Notes under the pieces: model-generated | Database searches by the model: none | What the model was told of the DNA's origin: nothing | What the model saw: only the letters and a program-made list of their open reading frames with translations | Translations under genes and position numbers: made by a program | NCBI GenBank assembly: GCA_038883795.1 | Contig: JAVZLK010000016.1 | Location: forward strand, 1 to 33,423 | Reading direction: 5' to 3' | DNA length: 33,423 bases | Origin: Candidatus Bathyarchaeia archaeon | GTDB taxonomy: Archaea > Thermoproteota > Bathyarchaeia > Bathyarchaeales > Bathycorpusculaceae | Shown: positions 1-8,068 of the stretch, in pieces | Position numbering within the stretch: position 1 is the first letter of the stretch | How the letters are laid out: each line of letters starts with the position of its first letter

Positions 1-833
1 GAGTCAGCACAGGTAACGAAGCCGTCACAACCCTGAACGACTTTCTAGAGTACTTTGTAGGTGATCCTGAAACAAACGTAATTGCAATGTATATTGAACA
101 AGTAAGGAACGGAAAAAGATTCATAGAAATTTGTAGGTCTACAACTAAGCCGCTTGTCGCCCTTAAAATCGGTAAGACTGAGATAGGTAGGTTAGCCGCT
201 AAGTCACATACAGCCGCACTGGCTGGTTCTATTGAAGTGTGGAACTCCGTTTGCAGATACGCTGGAATAATCCAAGCTAACACTTTTGAACAACTCTACG
301 ATTTCTCCATGGCTTTAGCCTCGCCCCTGAAACCACGAGGTCGCAATGTTGGAATAGTCACAGCTCCGGGTGGGCCGTCCGTGATCGCAACAGATATGTG
401 TGGTGAACATGGATTAGCAATTCCTCGACTAAGTAGCGCAAGCATCGATAAGCTCAAAAGTATGCTTCCACCGTTCGCATCCATGGCAAATCCGATAGAT
501 ATGACAGCATCAGCACTCGAAGACTTAAGTATTTACCATAAAGTTTTAGAGGTTGTCGCATCAGATCAAAATGTGGATGTAATTTTAGTTATTTCCCCTC
601 TAACGCACCACCTAGAAATAGCCCAAACCACTGCAAACATTGCCAATGAAATTCGAAAACCAGTCGTAGTGGCTTGGACCGGGCTTCTCAACATTGTAGA
701 GCTTATTAAAGCCATGCGTTTTCTAGGCGAAAGAGGGATACCTAACTATTTTATGCCAGAAAGGGCTGTCGAAGCAATAGCAGTTATGTTGCATCAAACT
801 CAATTGGAAGCTACTAAACCCTGCGCTTCGTAG
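1..833 (+). CDS. acdA: ADP-forming acyl-CoA synthetase (acetate--CoA ligase) alpha subunit, 5'-truncated by window edge
   Basis: The frame is open from position 3 (VSTGNEAVTTLNDFLEYFVGDPETNVIAMYIE, typical of ACD-alpha), so ATG 87 is not the true start. Also has the phospho-His motif AAKSHTAALAGS, a GGPSV loop and NPIDMT, and a beta-subunit gene follows. Confidence 0.9.
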   Translation, partial: VSTGNEAVTTLNDFLEYFVGDPETNVIAMYIEQVRNGKRFIEICRSTTKPLVALKIGKTEIGRLAAKSHTAALAGSIEVWNSVCRYAGIIQANTFEQLYDFSMALASPLKPRGRNVGIVTAPGGPSVIATDMCGEHGLAIPRLSSASIDKLKSMLPPFASMANPIDMTASALEDLSIYHKVLEVVASDQNVDVILVISPLTHHLEIAQTTANIANEIRKPVVVAWTGLLNIVELIKAMRFLGERGIPNYFMPERAVEAIAVMLHQTQLEATKPCAS

Positions 834-848
834 ACATGGAGGAATTAT

Positions 849-1565
849 TTGACCATGAGTCATATAATTAGCCAGGCATTAAAAGAAGGCAGAAACCTTT
901 TATTGGAGCCCGAGGCTAAAAAGTTATGTTCACTTTATGGAATACCAGTACCACAGTACGCAGTAGTGTCAACAGTCGACGAGGCTGTAAAGGCTGCTAA
1001 AGGCATAGGTTTTCCAGTAGTTCTAAAAATAGTCTCCAAAGACATAATTCATAAGAGCGACTCTGGGTGCGTAGTTTTAAATATTAACAGCAGCGAAGAG
1101 GTTGAAAGAGCCTTCAAGTATGTGGTAGCCAACGCCTCAAAAGTTGGCTCCAACGTTGAAATAAAGGGTGTGCTTATAGAGGAAATGTTGCCAAAAGGTT
1201 TAGAGGTGGCTGTTGGGGCCCTAGAAGACGCAGAGTTCGGTCCAATAGTGATGTTTGGATTAGGAGGAATATTCATCGAAGTGTTGAGAGATGTCACTTT
1301 CAGAGCAGCACCAATAACCATAGACGAAGCTAAGAAAATGATGAAGGAAGTGAAAGGATACAAACTATTAGAGGGGTACAGAGGGCAAGAACCGGCTGAT
1401 ACAAATGCGCTGGCGAAAATAATCACAGCTGTTTCCCGACTCATAATAGAAAACAAAGAGATATGCCAAATAGACTTAAATCCTGTTATTGTATGGCGGA
1501 ACGGCGCAAAAATCGCAGATGCAAGAATATTACTGAGCGGCAATGCTAATAATAATGATGCCTAG
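849..1565 (+). CDS. acdB: ADP-forming acyl-CoA synthetase beta subunit (ATP-grasp)
   Basis: LLEPEAK, IGFPVVLKIVS..IIHKSDSG, FGPIVMFGLGGIFIEVLRDVTFR and DLNPV..ADARI motifs. GGAGG at 838-842. Start is TTG 849 or ATG 855. Confidence 0.92.
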   Translation: MTMSHIISQALKEGRNLLLEPEAKKLCSLYGIPVPQYAVVSTVDEAVKAAKGIGFPVVLKIVSKDIIHKSDSGCVVLNINSSEEVERAFKYVVANASKVGSNVEIKGVLIEEMLPKGLEVAVGALEDAEFGPIVMFGLGGIFIEVLRDVTFRAAPITIDEAKKMMKEVKGYKLLEGYRGQEPADTNALAKIITAVSRLIIENKEICQIDLNPVIVWRNGAKIADARILLSGNANNNDA

Positions 1566-1677
1566 AGTGAAAGCTATGGAATATTATTTGCAGTATCTTA
1601 ATTCCTAATCTCAAAGGCGGCCTTTTAGGTATTTTTCAAGTTTTCATCCGTGTTATTTGGTTCTTATAAAATGGGGG

Positions 1678-1697
1678 CAAAGGTTAAATATATTTAA
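1678..1697 (+). promoter_or_regulatory. Putative archaeal BRE/TATA promoter of ABC operon 1, within a 14-bp palindrome
   Basis: CAAAGG followed by TTAAATATATTTAA (1684-1697, a perfect palindrome), about 30-40 nt upstream of ATG 1725. Confidence 0.5.
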
Positions 1698-1724
1698 GCT
1701 TGATTCTTATAAAGGGGGTTTTTC

Positions 1725-3053
1725 ATGTCAAAGAAGGCTCTGACAAAAATGCATGTTCTCATAATCGTTGTCATACTTGTGGTGGCTATTGTTGTCGGGA
1801 TTGCTTATTACCTGCTAACCCAACCGCAGGCAGTAGTTGAAGAGATACGCATAGGCACCGTGCAACAATTAAGTGGGCCTCTAGCTGTGCTGGGGCAATA
1901 TGGCCTTGTAGGGATACAAATTGGTGTAAAGTGGATAAATGACAAAGGAGGCGTAAATTTTCAAGGCAGAAAAATACCTGTGAGTTTAATATACTATGAC
2001 TGCGAGTCAAACATGGATTATGCCATCAAGTATGCTGAGAAACTAATCACCGAAGACAGAGTGCACTTCTTTGTACCAGCGTGGACACCAGATTTCGTAT
2101 TAGCTACTGTTCCGGTGGCTGAAAAACACAAAATCGTCTCAATAAGCCCGTGTGGAGGTGCTGATGTAGAGTACCAACAAGGCTTTAAATACATGATACA
2201 ATTCGGCATTCATGGATCAACGCATTTTGCAGTAGCGCTTAAAATGATACATGAACTGGATCCTACTGCTAAGAAAATTGCTTTCATAATGAGCTCAGCT
2301 GACCCGGGTGGAGTATTTCGGATATCAGTGCAAAATGCTGTAGCAAAATATAGGTTTGAATTAGTCTATGATAAAACATATCCAGAGGATATTACTGACG
2401 CATCAACTTTACTTATGGAAGCAGCTGCATCAGGAGCAGATATATTTGTCGGCGGCACCTTTCCGCAGAGTGGTATGCTGGTGGCTCAGCAGCTTAAAGA
2501 TTTGAGAATATACTTCAAGTGGGTTATGCTGGACATGGTTGTTAATAAAGTGGAATTTGGACAAACATTAGGTAAATACGCTGTCGGTTTCTTATTGGAC
2601 TCACCATATGAGCCTGAAGCTAAATGGGAGACTTGGGCTGCAAAGGAAGGAAAGGAGTACATAGGCCCTACAAACGATGAGATTTTAACGTATTTCCGCA
2701 ATATGGGCCACACGGAAAGAATTAGGACAGAAACGGGAATAGGTGTTACTGCACCAGTAATTATGGCTAAATGCATAGAAGTAGCCCAAAGTCTAGATCC
2801 AGACGAAATAATAAAAGCAGCTTTGTCGCTTGACGTATACACCTGCAAAGGAAGGTTCAAACTGGATCCCACGAATCCAGCGCATCAGATAGGACTCGAG
2901 GGTAACCCTGTGGTTATGCAGTGGCAAAAGAAAGATAATAAACTCGTATATGCGATAGTGTACCCGCTTGACTTCAAAAATTCTGACTTGATTCCTATGC
3001 CAACATGGGAAGAAAAAGATTCATGGCCGGAATTGACGTTAGAAATCTCCTGA
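1725..3053 (+). CDS. ABC transporter substrate-binding protein, LivK/PBP1 type, with class III-like signal peptide
   Basis: N-terminal KKALTK plus a long hydrophobic helix; IRIGTVQQLSGPLA, INDKGG and YYDCES motifs; heads a LivH/M/G/F operon. Confidence 0.88.
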   Translation: MSKKALTKMHVLIIVVILVVAIVVGIAYYLLTQPQAVVEEIRIGTVQQLSGPLAVLGQYGLVGIQIGVKWINDKGGVNFQGRKIPVSLIYYDCESNMDYAIKYAEKLITEDRVHFFVPAWTPDFVLATVPVAEKHKIVSISPCGGADVEYQQGFKYMIQFGIHGSTHFAVALKMIHELDPTAKKIAFIMSSADPGGVFRISVQNAVAKYRFELVYDKTYPEDITDASTLLMEAAASGADIFVGGTFPQSGMLVAQQLKDLRIYFKWVMLDMVVNKVEFGQTLGKYAVGFLLDSPYEPEAKWETWAAKEGKEYIGPTNDEILTYFRNMGHTERIRTETGIGVTAPVIMAKCIEVAQSLDPDEIIKAALSLDVYTCKGRFKLDPTNPAHQIGLEGNPVVMQWQKKDNKLVYAIVYPLDFKNSDLIPMPTWEEKDSWPELTLEIS

Positions 3054-3071
3054 TTTTTCTCTCTTTTTATT
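3054..3071 (+). terminator. Oligo-T tract after binding-protein gene (possible leaky archaeal terminator)
   Basis: TTTTTCTCTCTTTTTATT directly after the stop codon; the paralogous operon has a T-rich tract at the same position. Confidence 0.4.
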
Positions 3072-3092
3072 AATGAGGAGGTGAGGTTTAAA

Positions 3093-3977
3093 ATGCTTGA
3101 ATTTTTTGTTCAAGCGCTAATCAGTGGTTTTATTTCGGGAGCTGTTTATGGTTTAGCAACCATGGGTTTAAATTTAATATTTGGCGTTATGAATGTGACC
3201 AACTTCGCCCACGGTGACCTTTTGACGCTTGGGGCTTATACTGCTTACTGGCTATGGATTTTTTTATCATTAAATCCCGTATCCAGTATACCCATATCCG
3301 CGTTGGTGGGATTTATGATTGGGTTATTTCTTTTCTACGCTGTTATTAACAAGCTGGTCTTCTCTCCGGATGCTGCGTTAGTTGCAACATATGCTCTTGC
3401 AGTTTTCCTTGAAGAAATCATGAGAATTTTGTGGACTCCACTCAATCGTGGAATTCCATGGAGTTTAGGAACCATCCAGTATTCCTTTATAACCATACCA
3501 GTCACTTATATAATCACTTTTTTGTCTTGTCTTATCACATTTGCAGCGATATACCTCGTATTGTATAAAACATACTTTGGTAAATCGCTTCGAGGAATAA
3601 TCTGGGATTCCGAAGCAGCAGCTATCTGTGGCGTAAACGTTAAAAATACATTAGCTTGCGGTTTTGCAGTAGGTGTCATGCTTGCGGTCGTTGGAGGAAC
3701 CCTCTTAATAGTCTATACTCCCTCCGGTATAAACCCTTATATGGGCCAAACATATATGCTTAAATGTTTTTTGATAGCTGTTTTGGGCGGTCTTGGCAAT
3801 CCATGGGGTGCCTTAATTGGCGGCTTAATTTTGGGTGAACTCGAACAGTTTTTACCCTTAATCTTAAATTACATCCCTGGAATTGAACCTTACGCATTTA
3901 CGCCATTTATAAATTTTGTAATCTTCGTAATGGTGTTACTTGTTAGACCTCACGGAATATTTGGAGGCAAAAAATAA
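3093..3977 (+). CDS. livH: ABC transporter permease, LivH type
   Basis: YGLATMGLNLIFGVMNVTNFAHGD, TYFGKSLRG..DSEAAAICGVN and LGGLGNPWGALIGG. ATG 3093 preferred because GTG 3081 lies inside the RBS-like GAGGAGGTGAGG. Confidence 0.9.
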   Translation: MLEFFVQALISGFISGAVYGLATMGLNLIFGVMNVTNFAHGDLLTLGAYTAYWLWIFLSLNPVSSIPISALVGFMIGLFLFYAVINKLVFSPDAALVATYALAVFLEEIMRILWTPLNRGIPWSLGTIQYSFITIPVTYIITFLSCLITFAAIYLVLYKTYFGKSLRGIIWDSEAAAICGVNVKNTLACGFAVGVMLAVVGGTLLIVYTPSGINPYMGQTYMLKCFLIAVLGGLGNPWGALIGGLILGELEQFLPLILNYIPGIEPYAFTPFINFVIFVMVLLVRPHGIFGGKK

Positions 3978-4922
3978 ATGTTCGGTGCAAACAAACGCTA
4001 TACGTACACGTGGATGATAGTTTATGCTTTTCTAATACTGTTATCCTTGACTTCTGGTGGGTACGCGGAGGTCGTGTACAACATTGCTTTCCTAATGGTT
4101 CTTTCTCAGTCTTTAAATATCGCCATGGGCTTTGGCGGGTTAGTAAACCTAGGTTTTGTTTCTTTCTTAGGTGTTGGAGCATATGTCTTTGCTGTTTTAG
4201 TTGTATATGGTTTGAATCCATATCTTTCGATGCTTACTGGTGGATTCGTTGCAATAATAGTAGCTTTACCCATTGGAATGGTTGTACTTAGACTTAGGGG
4301 TCCCTTCTTTGCCATATGTACTTTAAGCTTGATATTTGCAGCAAAATATTTCTTTTTAGGAACAGGAATCGGCGGCGGATACTACGGAATTACTCTGTAC
4401 AAGTATATAGGTTCATTATACAACAATTATGTGCTTGCATACATTTTATTGGCTCTCTCGGCTGTTCTTACTATGCTGACAAACAAGTTAAGAAGATCCT
4501 CACTTGGCTATTCACTTATGGCGATAAGGGAGGATGAAGATACTGCCCAAACCATGGGTGTTGATACTTTCAAATCTAAACTAATTGCATATGCAATAAG
4601 CGCATTCTTTCCAGGAATCGTAGGAGGAGTCTTTGCATTTAAAATTTTTTGGGTTTTGCCTGACAGGGTATTTAACCCTTTTGTGACAATTGAAGCTGTA
4701 CTTACTCTTCTAATGGGAGGTGCTGGATCTGTAACGGGACCGTTGATTGGAGCTTTAATATACGAACTTATGAAGGACACACTCCTAAGAATTCCAGGGC
4801 TTCAGGGAATGCAGATGCCGATTTTTGGAATTTTAGTCATAATTATTGCTATTTCAGCCCCTCAAGGTGTTGTGGGATTAATTAAAAGCAAGTATAGAAA
4901 ACTGCAAGATTTTATCATTTAG
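3978..4922 (+). CDS. livM: ABC transporter permease, LivM type
   Basis: LNIAMGFGGLVNLG..FLGVGAY, LRLRGPFFAICTL, AIREDEDTAQTMGV and GGAGSVTGPLIGA. Confidence 0.9.
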   Translation: MFGANKRYTYTWMIVYAFLILLSLTSGGYAEVVYNIAFLMVLSQSLNIAMGFGGLVNLGFVSFLGVGAYVFAVLVVYGLNPYLSMLTGGFVAIIVALPIGMVVLRLRGPFFAICTLSLIFAAKYFFLGTGIGGGYYGITLYKYIGSLYNNYVLAYILLALSAVLTMLTNKLRRSSLGYSLMAIREDEDTAQTMGVDTFKSKLIAYAISAFFPGIVGGVFAFKIFWVLPDRVFNPFVTIEAVLTLLMGGAGSVTGPLIGALIYELMKDTLLRIPGLQGMQMPIFGILVIIIAISAPQGVVGLIKSKYRKLQDFII

Positions 4923-4931
4923 GTGAAAAGT

Positions 4932-5687
4932 ATGGTGCTTCTAGACTTAGAAGGAATAACTAAGAGATTCGGCGGCGTAACTGCTCTACAAAATGTCACT
5001 TTGCAAGTCAATAAAAACGAAATTTTAGGATTAATTGGCCCAAATGGTTCAGGGAAAACAACCCTCATCAATGTTATTAGTGGGGTGTATAAGCCAGACG
5101 CAGGCAGAATAAAATACAAAGACATGGATATCACCACCGTTCCGCCCCATTTAAGATGTCGCATGGGTATTGCAAGGACATACCAAGTTACACGTCCGTT
5201 TAGCAACTTAAAGGTTCTTGAAAACGTGGTCATCAGTGTTTTAAACGGTAAAAGATGTGGCAAAGTATCGGTAAGCGAAGCTGAAAAAATTGCTGAAAAC
5301 ATTCTTGAAACTTTAGGGTTAAGTAAAATGAAGGAACTTCCGGCTAGATCATTAAACGCTCAAGGAAGGAAAAAAATGGAGATAGCAAGGGCTATTGGAG
5401 TGGACCCTGAACTGCTGCTTCTTGATGAATGCTTAGCAGGATTAGCGCCTTCCGAGATTGCAGAGATGCTTAAAATAATTCAGGAAATCAAAAATGAAAG
5501 AAACATGACAATTATTATGATAGAACATTTAATGCATGCTGTAATGAACATCTCTGATAGAGTTGCTGTTCTTCACGAAGGTCGCTTAATAGCGGAGGGG
5601 AAACCGGAAGAAATAGCGAAGGACGTTAACGTTGCAGAGGTTTACTTCGGTGATCGTGAATTGGCTCTGAAGCTTGTCAAAAGGTGA
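4932..5687 (+). CDS. livG: ABC transporter ATP-binding protein, LivG type
   Basis: KRFGGVTAL, Walker A GPNGSGKTT, GIARTYQ, Walker B LLLLDE and IEH switch. ATG 4932 follows an AGGTGA RBS (track start GTG 4923). Confidence 0.92.
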   Translation: MVLLDLEGITKRFGGVTALQNVTLQVNKNEILGLIGPNGSGKTTLINVISGVYKPDAGRIKYKDMDITTVPPHLRCRMGIARTYQVTRPFSNLKVLENVVISVLNGKRCGKVSVSEAEKIAENILETLGLSKMKELPARSLNAQGRKKMEIARAIGVDPELLLLDECLAGLAPSEIAEMLKIIQEIKNERNMTIIMIEHLMHAVMNISDRVAVLHEGRLIAEGKPEEIAKDVNVAEVYFGDRELALKLVKR

Positions 5688-5691
5688 TAAA

Positions 5692-6396
5692 ATGCTCAAA
5701 ATTGAAAAACTGGAGGGAGGATACAAAGATTTTAAGGTGCTTAATAACATTAACCTTCAGGTGGAAAAAGGTAGCGTAACCTGTCTTCTTGGACCGAATG
5801 GGGCGGGAAAGACGACAACGTTGAAGACAATAATAGGTTTGTTAAAGCCTTGGAGTGGAGTTATTGAGTTTGATGGAGCTAATATCACTGGTAAGCAACC
5901 GCATGAAATAGTGAAACTGGGTATAGGCATAGTTCCTGAAGGTAGAAGAATTTTTGGCAACATGACTGTTCAAGAAAACTTGGAAATGGGTGCTTATATA
6001 AAAGGTGCAAGAAAGAAATTTAATGATAGACTAGAATGGGTGTATAGCCTCTTCCCAATATTAAAGAAGAGGAAAAACCAAAATGCGGCAACGTTGAGCG
6101 GTGGTGAACAACAGATGCTGGCTATCGCAAGAGCCCTCATAATTAACCCTAAACTATTACTTTTAGACGAACCAAGCCTAGGGTTAGCTCCAAAAGTAGC
6201 GCAAGAAATTTTGAACGTGGCTAAAAAGCTTCAAGAAACAGGAATAACAATACTGCTTGTAGAACAAAACATTTACTTGGTAAACAAAGTCATGCATTAC
6301 GGGTACGTCATGGAAGGTGGAGCTACGGTTGCTAAGGGAACTTATGAAAATCTAATTAACAACCCGGTAGTTAAAAGGGTATATTTAGGGTTATAG
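5692..6396 (+). CDS. livF: ABC transporter ATP-binding protein, LivF type
   Basis: GPNGAGKTT, VPEGRRIF, LSGGEQQMLAIARAL, LLDEPSLGLAP and LLVEQN. ATG 5692 follows AGGTGA. Confidence 0.93.
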   Translation: MLKIEKLEGGYKDFKVLNNINLQVEKGSVTCLLGPNGAGKTTTLKTIIGLLKPWSGVIEFDGANITGKQPHEIVKLGIGIVPEGRRIFGNMTVQENLEMGAYIKGARKKFNDRLEWVYSLFPILKKRKNQNAATLSGGEQQMLAIARALIINPKLLLLDEPSLGLAPKVAQEILNVAKKLQETGITILLVEQNIYLVNKVMHYGYVMEGGATVAKGTYENLINNPVVKRVYLGL

Positions 6397-6466
6397 AATT
6401 GAATAATTGAATATTTGGATGGTTGTTTATCCAATCGTTTGGTGTCTTTCTCTTTTCTAAAAAGCG

Positions 6467-7600
6467 TCATACGATGTTCCCAATAAACTTCAAAAAAGTT
6501 TTACTAACTTCACTTGTTTGATCCTTATGCAAATTATCTATTCTTGCTCCCAATTTATGAATATCCATCTCCATTAAATCAAAACCACATAATGTAAGCT
6601 CCCCGGAAAAGAAGCTAAGCATTGATTGGAAAACATTTTGTATTTGTTCAAGAGACAATCCCACCGCATTTAGAAACCTTGCAGCATAGACGCAGGAAAG
6701 AGCACCTACATCAACGTCCATTGAAATGTAAACCCTCTTAGCGTTTAGGCTCCCTAAAGCCTCTTCTATAAGATTTTTTGCAGTCTTAGTCCTGCATAAG
6801 CTTGATCTAGGTACAAAATGGGCGCCCAACTTTTCTAGTGATCTGAAAAAGGCTTCGTATTCCTTTACAGAGGGGTCATTAATCTCTCCTAAATTTTCGG
6901 ACGGGTAATCTGAGTTCCCAATTACAACGAGGTTTTTTATATCTAGTATCCTATGATTTATTAGGTGAAGCAAGAAATTTTCTGCATCTACATGGCTATC
7001 TGGATTCTGATCGAACTTGCATGCTGTAAAACTACTCTGAGGATATACATCTGGTAATATAAATGGGATGTTTGATCTTTTTGCATAATCAAATAAATTT
7101 TGCCGCAATTTCGCTGGAATCGCATCAAAATGGCTGTCTAAAACGATGAGACCTAATTCTCTTTCTTGGTGTTTTCTTATAGCCAATATGGCACCATATG
7201 TGGAGGAATGATCTACACCAATCATTCCGGGCACTCTTGGAAAAACTTTGTTGACAATGAAATCACGAATTTCTATGGCGATTTTAAAACATCCATCGTT
7301 CCTAATAAATTTGGTGAATGAGCTAAAATCTAGTTTTCTTAAATCTTCAGGCGTAGGCTTAGGTCGCAACCATGTAGGAATTTGAATTTTCCCGAGCAAA
7401 GCTGTTTTTTTAAAAAAAACAGCCGGTAAATTTTCTGACACATAATCATATGGGTCTAAGTAATCTGGATAAACGATTGTTCCAGCCATCTTGGCTTGTA
7501 TGTATGCAAGCTTTATTAGAAGGGATTCTTGTGTGATAGTTGGATCAAAAGGCACACCGAATAAACCAATTTTTTTATATGTGTGCATATTCTTTCTCAT
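6467..7600 (-). CDS. Divergent ureohydrolase (arginase/agmatinase superfamily) dinuclear metallohydrolase
   Basis: GVPFD, GVDHSS (GGDHS-like), LDSHFD (DxHxD), SMDVDV (DxD) and GFDLME motifs, with long insertions. Confidence 0.75.
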   Translation of the reverse strand: MRKNMHTYKKIGLFGVPFDPTITQESLLIKLAYIQAKMAGTIVYPDYLDPYDYVSENLPAVFFKKTALLGKIQIPTWLRPKPTPEDLRKLDFSSFTKFIRNDGCFKIAIEIRDFIVNKVFPRVPGMIGVDHSSTYGAILAIRKHQERELGLIVLDSHFDAIPAKLRQNLFDYAKRSNIPFILPDVYPQSSFTACKFDQNPDSHVDAENFLLHLINHRILDIKNLVVIGNSDYPSENLGEINDPSVKEYEAFFRSLEKLGAHFVPRSSLCRTKTAKNLIEEALGSLNAKRVYISMDVDVGALSCVYAARFLNAVGLSLEQIQNVFQSMLSFFSGELTLCGFDLMEMDIHKLGARIDNLHKDQTSEVSKTFLKFIGNIV

Positions 7601-7639
7601 TAAATAAACAGATTGCTGGAACTTATTTTTTCTGTTAGT

Positions 7640-7654
7640 AAAAACTTAAATATA
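7640..7654 (+). promoter_or_regulatory. Putative BRE/TATA promoter for the 7694-10925 operon
   Basis: AAAAACTTAAATATA about 40-50 nt upstream of ATG 7694, in a divergent intergenic region. Confidence 0.45.
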
Positions 7655-7693
7655 GTGATGTTTTAAGATAAATTCGATCACTTGGTGGGTTAA

Positions 7694-8062
7694 ATGAAAA
7701 ATAAGTTGGAGTTTTTCTTTGGGAACGTTGCACGAAAAATTACTGAATACTTGGATGATGGTTGCAAACTTCTTATCACCGCTGGTGAAAAACATTACAC
7801 TTTGGAGATTCCGGAAAAAGGAAAAGTAAAAGTGCACGAGGGGAAAATGGATGCTGACGTGGAGATTATAGGTGACGAAAATGTGATTGCCGATTTATTT
7901 TCTTCAGTCACCATCGAAGAATTTGCTGACAAAATGTGCAAGTACGTTGCCCAAGGAAAGAAGCCCAGACTAAGAATCCTTATGGATAGAAATGTTGAAA
8001 ATATTAAAAAATTCATACGCACCTATTACATACCCTTACTAAAGTTGTATATAATAAGGTGA
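7694..8062 (+). CDS. Small protein, probable SCP2 (sterol carrier/lipid-binding) fold
   Basis: YTLEIPEKGKVKVHEGKMDADVEIIGDENVIADLF..VAQGKKPRL resembles the SCP2 pattern; first gene of the FAD/Fe-S operon. Confidence 0.55.
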   Translation: MKNKLEFFFGNVARKITEYLDDGCKLLITAGEKHYTLEIPEKGKVKVHEGKMDADVEIIGDENVIADLFSSVTIEEFADKMCKYVAQGKKPRLRILMDRNVENIKKFIRTYYIPLLKLYIIR

Positions 8063-8068
8063 GCCTTT

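Noticed and set aside
1725-6396. Literal branched-chain amino acid transport by the liv-type operons
   Set aside because: The liv symbols denote family only. The SBPs are divergent and the context is aromatic/redox, so the substrate cannot be read from sequence.
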